A stretch of 64,000 nucleotides of DNA, taken from positions 15,084 to 79,083 of the forward strand of contig SVEJ01000007.1 of the NCBI GenBank assembly GCA_015057435.1. The letters are read 5' to 3'. Source of the stretch: Lachnospiraceae bacterium (lineage in GTDB: Bacteria; Bacillota; Clostridia; Lachnospirales; Lachnospiraceae). Below the pieces are notes generated by a model that made no database searches, was not told where the DNA came from, and worked only from the letters and a program-made list of their open reading frames with translations. Of the stretch, positions 25,694 through 35,242 are shown in pieces. The position numbers and the translations under genes were made by a program. The first letter of the stretch is position 1, and every line of letters begins with the position of its first letter.

Positions 25694-27511
25694 TTATTCT
25701 GACTTATCTACATACTTATTAAGTGTTTCGCAAACATCATTCAAGTTGTATGGTTTTGCTATGTAATCATCTAACTTCGCTTCAAGAATACGCTCCTTAT
25801 CGCCAAACATTGCACGAGCTGTTACAGCAATGATAGGAAGACGCTTCTTACCCTCACGGAACTCGATTGCACGAATCTCCTGTGTTGCAGCAAGACCATC
25901 CATAACAGGCATCTGTACATCAAACAATGCAGCCTGGTATTCTTTTTGCTTGAACAACTCAACAGCCTTCTCACCATTCTCTGCGATATCGTATGAATAT
26001 CCTGCCATACCAAGCAACTTACCAATTACCTGCTGGTTAACCGGCTCATCCTCTGCTACAAGAATTCTTGCACGGCTGTGTCCTGCTAATGAGAATACTG
26101 CAGGATCTCCCGGTTCTTGCATTTCTTCTTCTGTCTCGTCTGCTTCAGCAGCCTTAATTAACTTCAATGGAATTTCTACAATAAATGTAGAACCAATACC
26201 TTCTTTGCTCTGTACAGTAATTGTACCACCCATCAATTCAACAATCTGCTTTGTAATAACCAATCCGAGTCCGGAACCACCGTATTTACGTGTATCCGAT
26301 GCATCTACCTGTGAGAAACGAATGAATAACTTATTACGGTCTGCATCAGAAATACCGATACCGGAATCAGATACAGCAATACGCAACTTAATCTTATCTA
26401 ACATATCATTGATACATGCAACTTTTACTCGTACGCCACCCTCGTTGGTAAACTTGATACCGTTAGACAATAAGCAGTTTAACACCTGCTGAATTCTTTG
26501 TCCGTCACCACGGGCAATCTTAGGAATATTGCTTCCGAAGTTGCAATCTAATGTTAATCCCTTGCTCTTTGCAATCGGAACCTGTGCGGCAATTGTCTCT
26601 TCGATAATTGCTTTCACATCAAAGTTCTCTTCTCTCAGATTATACTTACCTGCTTCTAACTTAGATATATCTAAAATATCATTAATCAATCGAAGTAATG
26701 TATCTGCGCAGTTCTTAGCTGTTGTCAAATTATCTCTGTGGTCAGCCTGTAAATCCTCTGCCATCAATGTAAGCTGTAACATGCCTAAGATTCCATTAAT
26801 CGGTGTGCGAATCTCATGTGACATGTTTGCAAGGAACTCAGACTGTGTTTTATAAGCCGCATTGGCATCTTTAATTGCCTTAGATAACTTATTCTCAGTT
26901 TCTTTCTGCTCAGTAATATCAATAACAACCATGTTAATATAGTCTGACTCAGACTTATACATTACTGTATTGAACACTTTATCAAGCTTCTCCATGGTAA
27001 TCTCAACAGCCATCAATTCACCCTGCTTTGTACCTGAATTGTTATAGGCTTCAAACCATGCATTAATGTCCTGCAACACTTCAATCTTACTTTCAGATAT
27101 AATCTTACCCTGATAATCTGAATAATCAAGATTAAACAAACGACCAAATGTCTCATTGGCATCGGAGATACGGTAACCCATATTACGTCCGGACTGCGGA
27201 TCTCTCATAATCTGTGCTTGTGCAAATCCGATTGGCAAGTTTAAGAATAATCTCTTATACTTATCACTCTTTACCGCTGACACCTTTTCCTCGTCAAGCA
27301 TCGCCTTGAACATCATAACCGCTGACGCAATTGCCAAAACGATAACAAGAATCGATACAAAAATGATAATACCCTTCAATCCTTCCGCCCCGGCAATCTT
27401 GTCAATCTTACCGAACAACAACGCATCACCAAGAATTACGATGAGAACCAATGCAGCTACAATACCACAATATATCATTCTCATCTTGCTACTGTTTCCA
27501 CCATTTTCCAT
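25694..27511 (-). CDS. hybrid sensor histidine kinase/response regulator
   Basis: It has two N-terminal TMs, the H-box FLANMSHEIRTPINGILGM, the HATPase motifs NGIKFT, DSGIGI and GGSGLGL, and a C-terminal receiver (ILVAEDEPVNQ...DVQMPVMDG...K). Confidence 0.9.
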   Translation of the reverse strand: MENGGNSSKMRMIYCGIVAALVLIVILGDALLFGKIDKIAGAEGLKGIIIFVSILVIVLAIASAVMMFKAMLDEEKVSAVKSDKYKRLFLNLPIGFAQAQIMRDPQSGRNMGYRISDANETFGRLFNLDYSDYQGKIISESKIEVLQDINAWFEAYNNSGTKQGELMAVEITMEKLDKVFNTVMYKSESDYINMVVIDITEQKETENKLSKAIKDANAAYKTQSEFLANMSHEIRTPINGILGMLQLTLMAEDLQADHRDNLTTAKNCADTLLRLINDILDISKLEAGKYNLREENFDVKAIIEETIAAQVPIAKSKGLTLDCNFGSNIPKIARGDGQRIQQVLNCLLSNGIKFTNEGGVRVKVACINDMLDKIKLRIAVSDSGIGISDADRNKLFIRFSQVDASDTRKYGGSGLGLVITKQIVELMGGTITVQSKEGIGSTFIVEIPLKLIKAAEADETEEEMQEPGDPAVFSLAGHSRARILVAEDEPVNQQVIGKLLGMAGYSYDIAENGEKAVELFKQKEYQAALFDVQMPVMDGLAATQEIRAIEFREGKKRLPIIAVTARAMFGDKERILEAKLDDYIAKPYNLNDVCETLNKYVDKSE

Positions 27512-27518
27512 AAATACT

Positions 27519-30131
27519 TCACCCCTTGAAAATAATATTTTTCGTTTCCTTTTTTTTGCACATTTCTACTCTACAAATTAGGAAGAAACATAATATACCA
27601 AATAAAGTTGTAATCAACCCCTTCACTAATCCCGGGGCTCGATATACCATCTTTATTGTATAATCACCTTTTGGAAGTTCCACACCGAGAAAACTTTCTA
27701 ACACTCTTACAGTTTCTGTCTTCTCACCATTCACATATACTGTCCAACCCTCATCAAACGGTATTGATGTCATCAAGACTCCGTCTTTTTGTGCAGTAAT
27801 GTTACCTTCTATCTTGGTATCATCCCATGATGTAAGCTGCATGGACTGATTTGACAAGATACTGTAAAATTGTTCAAACTGATCATCCAAAAATTCCATC
27901 GGATAACAATATAGCGTTCCGTCTAGATCCTCTCCATCATTCAATGCAAAGGAAATAGAAACAACCTGTCCTGCTTTCACTTCCCCCACTCGGAAAAGCT
28001 GTCCCTGATATCTGTCAAAGGCAACCTCTTTCCCATCTATCAGCAATGCAACCTTATTCACATTACTTCCGCTACAATTCACATACAAATCCATATCATA
28101 TGGAATCGTATATATGATATCTGCTTTTGCACTCTCGTTAGCGCCTGTATAAGATGCATTAAAATCATCTGTCATAACCACATCGACATTCGTCCCATAC
28201 GCAGTTGTCTGCATATCTTCAAATATCGAAGAAAAGATAGGTTCTACACCTGTCATTGCACCACTTAGCTCGTTCTGCACAGTAAATGGTCCATTATCCA
28301 TCGTGCTAAACTCAAGCACCTGCGAATCTACCATATATCCAATCGGCAACGGATATGCGTTCTTAAAAACTCTGATATGTTCTTCTTGATCATGAAAACT
28401 CATATCTACATTTTCATAATCGCCCTCTTTCGTATAGATATATCTTACACCAAACATCGCATTCGTTAACGGAGTCGCTCCATAATACAAATACTCATTC
28501 GCGCCTGTGTAGAATCCAAGATCACCCATTGTTGATACCATCTCTCCCGGAACAGTCGATCCAAAAATACCAATACTCGGAAGATTATACCATGTTGCCT
28601 CATCTACCATATTCGGCTGCAAAATATCGGCGCGGTACCACGTATCATCACTTTCTTCTACTCTGTCTATCAACTTATCAAATGTCTTAGTATCACCATA
28701 ATAAAACTCTGCATCCGAAGTTCCGACTTGCACAAATGCAATCCATCCGTTCACCGCCATCTCCAAAGTGGCAATCACAATCAATGCATATCCTGCGATC
28801 TTCTTCGCTTTGCCCGGCATCTTTTTGTAAAGAACAAACATCAACAGATAGATTGTCAACAAGACAGCTGATGCAATATAGGTTCTGTCATCATACACAA
28901 CCTCTGCATGATGATATGTGTAGATTACATATATCATACAAGCAACATACGAAACCACAATCACCGGCAACCGCACACGTCTTCTATTCAGATACACTTC
29001 ATAAGCCATTATAATCAGAATAAAGATATAAAGAAATGCAAATCTGTTCGGAATACCATACTGATTATGAAAACCGTGCCAAATATAATTGAGCAACTGG
29101 TTGTTAAAACTTACAACAAAAAGTACCAACAATAACAAGTATTTTATCTTCTTTTCAATAGAAATCTTTCTCACAAAGAAGAAAATGATTGCTAACAAAA
29201 GTGTAAACAAACCACAATACAGATTCGTTCCTGCATCTCCTACCTGATTCGTCATAACTTCCGAACAGAACAGGTGCGAGCGAAGTGTATCCACAAACGC
29301 CCCATAAAACTCCCACTCAGGAAGTTCGAATTCTGCAGATGCGGTCGTCATGATTCCCTCGTAAGCCGGAACAAGAACAACAGCTGCCATCGCTGCGGCA
29401 GTCAAAGATGCAATTGCAAATCGTATTCCCCTTACGAAGAACTGTTTTACACTATCAAAGTGGAAAACAAAGAACCACAACACAAGGAAAATACAAATCA
29501 TAAAACTGATATAGTAATTGCAGATAAAGCTATATGTCAAAGATAGGATATAGATTCTGCTATCTTCTTCCTTCATCAAGCGTTCCATTCCCAATATAAC
29601 AATCGGGAAAATAAACACACAGTCAAGCCACATGAGATTCCAATAATATCCCACAACAAAACTGCTGAATGCATAAAACAGTGAGAACACTATCATTCCG
29701 GGATTTGGCTTCGGTCTTCTTCCTGCATGCATCAAAAAGACTGCAAAACAAAAAGCCGCCAACACAATCTTAATCGATATAATGATGTTCATTGCCATCG
29801 GCAATGCTGATTTTGAACAAAGCATCACAATCAGATTAATTGGGCTTGATAGATAATACGACCAAAGCGAAAGGAAGTTATTACCCATTCCTACATCAAA
29901 AGAATATTGTAGGCTTCCAAAATTCTGAAGCTTTTCCTGATATTCTGAAAAAAATGGCAGATATTGATGCACACCATCCACAACAATCAGACATCTTCCT
30001 CCAAAAGGCCCTACATCTCCTATAATCCAGGCTCCCAGCATCATAATCAAGGCAAGCCCCACTGTAATGCTATACACATAATGTTCCTTCAAAAAGGAAA
30101 TCACTCTATTCCACATAATATTCAAATCCAA
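27519..30131 (-). CDS. YfhO-family polytopic membrane protein (putative glycosyl-transfer to cell-envelope polymers)
   Basis: The 870-aa protein has many TMs in its N-terminal 2/3 and a soluble C-terminal domain. The N-terminal CLIVVDGVHQYLPFFSEYQEKL matches YfhO-like proteins. The start is uncertain (TTG in the track; ATG at 30116). Confidence 0.75.
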   Translation of the reverse strand: MDLNIMWNRVISFLKEHYVYSITVGLALIMMLGAWIIGDVGPFGGRCLIVVDGVHQYLPFFSEYQEKLQNFGSLQYSFDVGMGNNFLSLWSYYLSSPINLIVMLCSKSALPMAMNIIISIKIVLAAFCFAVFLMHAGRRPKPNPGMIVFSLFYAFSSFVVGYYWNLMWLDCVFIFPIVILGMERLMKEEDSRIYILSLTYSFICNYYISFMICIFLVLWFFVFHFDSVKQFFVRGIRFAIASLTAAAMAAVVLVPAYEGIMTTASAEFELPEWEFYGAFVDTLRSHLFCSEVMTNQVGDAGTNLYCGLFTLLLAIIFFFVRKISIEKKIKYLLLLVLFVVSFNNQLLNYIWHGFHNQYGIPNRFAFLYIFILIIMAYEVYLNRRRVRLPVIVVSYVACMIYVIYTYHHAEVVYDDRTYIASAVLLTIYLLMFVLYKKMPGKAKKIAGYALIVIATLEMAVNGWIAFVQVGTSDAEFYYGDTKTFDKLIDRVEESDDTWYRADILQPNMVDEATWYNLPSIGIFGSTVPGEMVSTMGDLGFYTGANEYLYYGATPLTNAMFGVRYIYTKEGDYENVDMSFHDQEEHIRVFKNAYPLPIGYMVDSQVLEFSTMDNGPFTVQNELSGAMTGVEPIFSSIFEDMQTTAYGTNVDVVMTDDFNASYTGANESAKADIIYTIPYDMDLYVNCSGSNVNKVALLIDGKEVAFDRYQGQLFRVGEVKAGQVVSISFALNDGEDLDGTLYCYPMEFLDDQFEQFYSILSNQSMQLTSWDDTKIEGNITAQKDGVLMTSIPFDEGWTVYVNGEKTETVRVLESFLGVELPKGDYTIKMVYRAPGLVKGLITTLFGILCFFLICRVEMCKKKETKNIIFKG

Positions 30132-30146
30132 TCTATCAAAAATATA

Positions 30147-30920
30147 TTAATCCATCATAGATATGACTTTATCGTAGTTAAGATTACCACCAAACAAATC
30201 AAGTGCACTTCCGATTGTTACATCCAGCTTATCTTTTCCTAACGTACGAATCACTTCAATATCTTCATATGAACCAACCCCACCTGCATAGGTAATTGGT
30301 ATCGTCGCATACTGAGAAAGCATGGAAACCAACTCTTTTTCTACGCCATTTGCTTTTCCTTCTACATCAACAGCATGAATCAGGAATTCATCCGCATATT
30401 GCTGTAACTTATGAATCGTCTCTTCACAAATTATCTCTTTCGTAAAGTTCTGCCAACGATCCGTCACAATATAGTATACTCCGTCTTTTTTGCGACAACT
30501 TAGATCTAATACAAGATGCTCTTTTCCAACTGCATTATAAAGTGCATCTAATCTCTCATAATCAACCATTCCATCACGGAATACATAGGAAGTTACAATC
30601 ACATGACTTGCACCCATATCAAGAAATTCCTTTGCGTTCGCAGCAGTGATTCCACCACCAATCTGCAAACCACCCGGATATTCATCAAGTGCACCTTTTG
30701 CCTGTGCAACATCTTCTTCATAATAGGGGGTCCCTGCTTTGTTAAGTAGAATAATATGTCCGCCTTTTATATTGCTTTCCTTATATAATCTGGCATAAAA
30801 CGCTGCATCCTGCGTTGCAACAAAATTCTCTTTTGCCTGATTCCCCTCATCTAGCAAAGAACCGCCAACAATCTGTTTTACTTTTCCGTTATGTATATCA
30901 ATACAAGGTCTAAATCTCAT
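30147..30920 (-). CDS. HisA-family (eukaryote-type His6-like) ProFAR isomerase homologue
   Basis: MRFRPCIDIHNGKVKQIVGGSL, LQIGGGI and AGGVGS are TIM-barrel phosphate-binding motifs. The gene is stand-alone, not in a his operon. The start is set at ATG 30920. Confidence 0.7.
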   Translation of the reverse strand: MRFRPCIDIHNGKVKQIVGGSLLDEGNQAKENFVATQDAAFYARLYKESNIKGGHIILLNKAGTPYYEEDVAQAKGALDEYPGGLQIGGGITAANAKEFLDMGASHVIVTSYVFRDGMVDYERLDALYNAVGKEHLVLDLSCRKKDGVYYIVTDRWQNFTKEIICEETIHKLQQYADEFLIHAVDVEGKANGVEKELVSMLSQYATIPITYAGGVGSYEDIEVIRTLGKDKLDVTIGSALDLFGGNLNYDKVISMMD

Positions 30921-30990
30921 ATTCCGAAAGTACTCCACTATAAAACCATATAATCATTGTAATTGTAGCATATTTTTCAGACAAATACAA

Positions 30991-31010
30991 CGAAAAAGCC
31001 TACGGCTTTT
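30991..31010 (-). terminator. rho-independent terminator after surface-protein unit
   Basis: The minus strand reads AAAAGCC-gta-GGCTTTT-T. Confidence 0.5.
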
Positions 31011-31197
31011 GTCTATTTTTACAGACATTTTTACACGTAGGCTTCCGTTTGCATTCGCAATCACAAGAATTGTTCGAATTTTCCTTATTCAATTCTCTTT
31101 CAACTTCCTTCATCCGCTTACCAAACTCACGAATTGCAGGATGCTGTCTCTTTAGTGTATATAATATATTCGCCGCACAACATTCGAATTTCCCCAT
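31000..31197 (-). CDS. possible small Cys-rich basic protein
   Basis: MGKFECCAANIL...NSCDCECKRKPTCKNVCKNRQKP. The SD is weak and the stop lies in the terminator loop. It may not be real. Confidence 0.25.
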   Translation of the reverse strand: MGKFECCAANILYTLKRQHPAIREFGKRMKEVERELNKENSNNSCDCECKRKPTCKNVCKNRQKP

Positions 31198-31256
31198 AGC
31201 ACACACTCTGCATCTTATTTATCTATACTATGCAACGACAGCTTTTTTGTTTCCAA

Positions 31257-33776
31257 TTACTCAATTGGTGTATAACCTTTTCCTCCACAATTTCTACATT
31301 TTCCTGTAGCGTTACAACTTGGACACCGTGTTGAGTTACCAGAACCAATATAACAATATCCATGACAGGTCTGACATTTACCGGAACCAATACATTGCAT
31401 ACAAGTATGTACAGTAGGTTGTGTGTATGGTACCGCCATAAAGCCTTCCAAATCATGCATTTCCGTACGCAAATCATAGTCTTTCATAAAACGGATATGG
31501 AACCGAATAGTAACCAACCCATTCTGGACCGTTTCATATGTAATATCAATCTTTGAAAAGTAAAGACTTGCCACATCCATCTTTGTGGTAACCCAATCAT
31601 ACTCGCTGTCAAAATAATCAAACTCACCTACAATAACATCCGATGAAAACCCCATATAATCCACTGCATCTACATACGTTTTCTTTGTACACTGTTTTCC
31701 ACTGTACAGATATCCTGCAAGTTCTCTTATTGTCAGATATCCCTTGGTTGGGCCAATACCTGTAACTTTAAAATACTCCTTGTTTTGTCCGAGAACGTAA
31801 TAAAATTCTGCCGGTAGTCCGGAATATCTCTCGCCATTGAAAATAACATCTGCCTCACCTATATTGACAGCAAATTTTCCGTCTGCACTGATATACTGTT
31901 TTTTCTGTTCTGTATTACTGTTTCCGTTGTCTGCGTTGCCTCCATCATCTTTGTTATTACCATTATCTGTATTATTGCTAGTTGTATTCTCTTTCACATT
32001 AACTTTGCACCTATACTTCTTCTTATTAACAGTTGCTGTAATGATGGCTGTTCCTTTTGCAACGCCTGTAACAAAACCATATTGATCCACTTTTGCTACA
32101 TTTGTATTACTACTTGCATAACTCACCTGCAAGGTTGTTTCGGTAAGCCTTACTTGTTTTGTTTCATTTTTATTCAAAGTAAGATCTGTCACAGACAATT
32201 TCGGATTCTCCACTGAAATTGTACATTTGTATTTTTTATTTTTATATTTTGCTGTTATCGTTGCTGTTCCTTTTTTCTTTGCCGTAATCTGACCTTTTTT
32301 GTTAACTGAAACAATTTTTTTCTTGTTAGATGACCACTTAATTTTTCCTTTGGAACCTTTTAACTTTAATTGCTTTTTTTGTCCCTGTAACAACGTATGA
32401 CTTATTTGTTCAAACCCTGCTGCCGCTGTTTTGATTGTCTTTCTTGCACTATATTTTCCATAAACCTTCTGATTTGCAGAATCCATAATATATGGTCTTA
32501 CCCATACATAATACTTCTTGGATTTTTTCAGATTCTCAATTGTAATGGATGTTGTACCTCCGGATACATATTTTGCATTTTTTCCGTTAGATTTTGTAGA
32601 ATACTTGATTTCGTATCCATTAACACCTGCAACATTCTTAATCGTAATATTTATCTTATTCATAGTTGCAGACAATTTTGAAATTTTTGTTTTACCGACC
32701 GAAATTTTATCCCAATATGCATAAATCGTAGCATCGTTTGCAAATGTTGTTTTTTCTGTGACTTTTGTGCCACCTGTCTTACTTGTATACCAACCTTTAA
32801 ATCGATATCCGACCCTGGAAGGTGTAACAATATTTCCAATTGCGGAACGTGTCTTCAAGTACTGCTTTGTCTCATGTGTTGTGCCACCATTTGCATCCAA
32901 TGTAATAGTAACAATTGCTTTTTCCCAATGCGCATAATAGGTAACATCTGCATTCACTACTGTTGAGGCACTAACCTTCGTTCCTCCGCTTGCTGCTGTA
33001 TACCAACCAAGAAAATTATAACCTGTACGTGTTGGGGTTGGCAGTGTTCCTACTTGTGTTCCCTTTTTTACCGTCTTCTTTGTCTGGGAAACAGTACCTC
33101 CATTAGCATGAAAGTTCACGTCCATATCTACTTTTTCCCAATGCGCATAATAGGTAACATCTGCATTCACTACTGTTGAGGCACTAACCTTTGTTCCTCC
33201 GCTTGCTGTCGTGTACCAACCCAAGAAGTTATAACCCGTTCGGGTTGGGGTTGGTAAAGTTCCCACTGCATCCTTTCTCCAAACAGACTTAGACGTGGTA
33301 GAACAAGTTCCGCCATTGGTATGAAAGGTTATTGTTTTTTCTCCAAGTACATCAATGACATAATGTTCAGTCTTTGTAACACAATCATACCCAGATACAA
33401 CGAAATAACTCATAGTCTCCGCTGTCAGACATGTAACAACAACTTGTCCATCCACCACACCGGTAATACTCGCTATACTTTCCGGATCATACGATCTTAC
33501 ACTTTCATAATTTTCGTATACCGTCGAACCTCTATTATACTCCAATGTCACATTATCATTCGACACAGACCATTTCTTGTATATCCATGTGCTTATTTGA
33601 TCTAGGTCCGTCATATTAGATATGGTAATTGTTTCTCCTACCTTAACAGTTGCATAGTTGTTATATGTGATTTCTTCCGATTGTGCCGCTTTTGCCATAT
33701 CCCCAAAAAACATACAGGCAAAAACAATCAATAAAACAGTATGCAACCATACATTCTTCCTCTTTGCTTTCCTCAT
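31257..33776 (-). CDS. large secreted repeat protein (Listeria-Bacteroides/Flg_new repeats, FN3-like, Big_2-like) with C-terminal DnaJ-like 4x CxxC module
   Basis: The start is set at ATG 33776 after AAAGGAGGGG. The signal peptide is VWLHTVLLIVFACMFFGDMAKA. There are three GY(N/R)F(L/K)GWYT..(S/T)GGTKV repeats and KKGTATITA / AKGTAIITA Big_2-like motifs. The tail is CMQCIGSGKCQTCHGYC...CPSCNATGKCRNCGGKG. No LPXTG motif or C-terminal TM was seen. Confidence 0.8.
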   Translation of the reverse strand: MRKAKRKNVWLHTVLLIVFACMFFGDMAKAAQSEEITYNNYATVKVGETITISNMTDLDQISTWIYKKWSVSNDNVTLEYNRGSTVYENYESVRSYDPESIASITGVVDGQVVVTCLTAETMSYFVVSGYDCVTKTEHYVIDVLGEKTITFHTNGGTCSTTSKSVWRKDAVGTLPTPTRTGYNFLGWYTTASGGTKVSASTVVNADVTYYAHWEKVDMDVNFHANGGTVSQTKKTVKKGTQVGTLPTPTRTGYNFLGWYTAASGGTKVSASTVVNADVTYYAHWEKAIVTITLDANGGTTHETKQYLKTRSAIGNIVTPSRVGYRFKGWYTSKTGGTKVTEKTTFANDATIYAYWDKISVGKTKISKLSATMNKINITIKNVAGVNGYEIKYSTKSNGKNAKYVSGGTTSITIENLKKSKKYYVWVRPYIMDSANQKVYGKYSARKTIKTAAAGFEQISHTLLQGQKKQLKLKGSKGKIKWSSNKKKIVSVNKKGQITAKKKGTATITAKYKNKKYKCTISVENPKLSVTDLTLNKNETKQVRLTETTLQVSYASSNTNVAKVDQYGFVTGVAKGTAIITATVNKKKYRCKVNVKENTTSNNTDNGNNKDDGGNADNGNSNTEQKKQYISADGKFAVNIGEADVIFNGERYSGLPAEFYYVLGQNKEYFKVTGIGPTKGYLTIRELAGYLYSGKQCTKKTYVDAVDYMGFSSDVIVGEFDYFDSEYDWVTTKMDVASLYFSKIDITYETVQNGLVTIRFHIRFMKDYDLRTEMHDLEGFMAVPYTQPTVHTCMQCIGSGKCQTCHGYCYIGSGNSTRCPSCNATGKCRNCGGKGYTPIE
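32918..33343. repeat. two tandem 213-bp units inside the surface-protein gene
   Basis: The units start at 32918 and 33131. Their first ~60 nt are identical (CTTTTTCCCAATGCGCATAATAGGTAACATCTGCATTCACTACTGTTGAGGCACTAACCT) and the remainder diverges, mostly at third positions. Both encode ...GWYT.ASGGTKVSASTVVNADVTYYAHWEK. Confidence 0.85.
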
Positions 33777-33823
33777 CAAACAACCCCTCCTTTGCACATT
33801 AAAACCTTCATCCAACCATCATT

Positions 33824-34468
33824 CTACTTCTGCTTAAGTTCCATCCGGCAGATTGCATTCCCCTTCTCCACAAATCTTGTCTCATACTCTGTCATGATAT
33901 TCCCAACTACATACTCTGAATTGTGAAGATCAAATGTGTGATTAAGAAGTTCCCAATTATCTGCAAGATCCGCCTGTTCCAATGAAAAGTCAAACAAATC
34001 CTTGTTGTCTGTCTTAAAAATCACATGTCCTTCTTTTTTCAAAATATGTTCATAACGCTCCAAAAATTGTACAGATGTAAGACGTCTTTTTGCATGTCTG
34101 TCTTTTGGCCACGGATCAGAAAAATTTAAGTAAATGCGGTCTACCTCATCCGGTGCAAACACATCCGCAATGTTTTCTGCTTCCATACGAATAAAGAAAA
34201 GATTCGGCAAATTCTTCTCTTCCTGCTTTTCGATTGCACGAACCAATACAGAAGAATATTTCTCAATTCCTACATAATTAATATCAGGATTCTGTTCTGC
34301 AAGCGTCATAATGAACTGACCCTTTCCCATTCCTATTTCAATGTGAATCGGATTATCATTACCAAATACTTCCTTATTCCATAAACCTTTCTTTGTTGTC
34401 TCCTCTTTTACAGTAAATGGGCTCTCTGCAATTGTGTCTCTAGAGCCTGGTACATTCCTAAGTCTCAT
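33824..34468 (-). CDS. trmB: tRNA (guanine-N7)-methyltransferase
   Basis: IHIEIGMGKGQF, YVGIE and LNFSDPWPKDRHAKRRL are TrmB signatures. Confidence 0.9.
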   Translation of the reverse strand: MRLRNVPGSRDTIAESPFTVKEETTKKGLWNKEVFGNDNPIHIEIGMGKGQFIMTLAEQNPDINYVGIEKYSSVLVRAIEKQEEKNLPNLFFIRMEAENIADVFAPDEVDRIYLNFSDPWPKDRHAKRRLTSVQFLERYEHILKKEGHVIFKTDNKDLFDFSLEQADLADNWELLNHTFDLHNSEYVVGNIMTEYETRFVEKGNAICRMELKQK

Positions 34469-34563
34469 GTATATATCCTCTCTTTTGTTTTATTACGTTT
34501 TCCAGATGTGCCTATTATATGTTGTTTTTTTGTTTATATCAATATTTTTTCTATAACTATATA

Positions 34564-34592
34564 GAAAAAAAGAGACTCTCTTAGAGCCTCTT
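34564..34592 (-). terminator. rho-independent terminator overlapping the stop of the zinc-ribbon gene
   Basis: The minus strand reads AGAGGCTCT-aag-AGAGTCTCT-TTTTTTT. Confidence 0.55.
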
Positions 34593-35039
34593 ATCTTTCG
34601 AATCTATATATCGCATTTTTCCTTTTTCTTTGTTATCTTTGTGATTCTTTGGTTGTTCGCCCATCTGTTCAAACATCAAAACATTCAGTTGGCCAACCAA
34701 CTCCTTTGTACAATCATAACAAAAACGTCCAAAGCGCAGTGCACATCCGCACTTTTCACACTTGATGAAGAATTTACTACCCTCAGGAATTTCCAATCGT
34801 CCGTTTTTTAAAAAGACATCTATTACTTCCATAGACACACCCGTATCTTCCGATATCAGCATTGCCGGAGAAGGTCCATACTCATCAAGGTACTTTTTTA
34901 TCTTTCCAAAATCATCCATTTCTTCCTGACTGCAATCCTCGCAGACGTAAACACCACCATTTTGATAATATAATTTACCACTGCAGCTCTTACAAAAAAT
35001 AGGTCTACGTTCCATAATTATCTTGTCAATATCACGCAT
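34581..35039 (-). CDS. double zinc-ribbon protein (YvyF/TIGR03826-like)
   Basis: The start is set at ATG 35039. CKSCSGKL...CEDC and CEKCGCAL...CYDC flank a helix-turn-helix-like middle. The family resemblance is from memory. Confidence 0.55.
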   Translation of the reverse strand: MRDIDKIIMERRPIFCKSCSGKLYYQNGGVYVCEDCSQEEMDDFGKIKKYLDEYGPSPAMLISEDTGVSMEVIDVFLKNGRLEIPEGSKFFIKCEKCGCALRFGRFCYDCTKELVGQLNVLMFEQMGEQPKNHKDNKEKGKMRYIDSKDKRL

Positions 35040-35242
35040 ATAATCACCCACTTTTCTATCATTCTTCACTTTTACTTGTTTTGTATATATATTTTATCAC
35101 AGAGAAAAAATACACTCAATTATTTTTTTGCTTTCCAATGTTATTCGGATACCATGAATATCTACGCTTAAAAGTTGACACTCTTTCCTATTTATAATAA
35201 AATAGTTCTAATTATGTTTACTAATAAGAAGGAGTATTTTTC

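Noticed and set aside
25830-26492. A 220-aa plus-strand ORF inside the hybrid kinase gene. Similar long antisense ORFs occur at 22684-23088, 41268-41627, 43118-43588, 46662-47042, 2539-2937 and 50271-50675.
   Set aside because: All lie fully antisense to confidently identified genes. They have Ser/Pro/Ile/Cys-rich compositions typical of complementary-frame read-through, lack SD sequences and match no family. I treat them as shadow ORFs.
31000-31197. A small Cys-rich ORF downstream of the surface protein, considered as a possible RiPP or bacteriocin precursor.
   Set aside because: It is kept only as a low-confidence feature. The SD is weak, its stop lies inside the terminator loop, no modification or export genes are adjacent, and no leader-like motif was seen.
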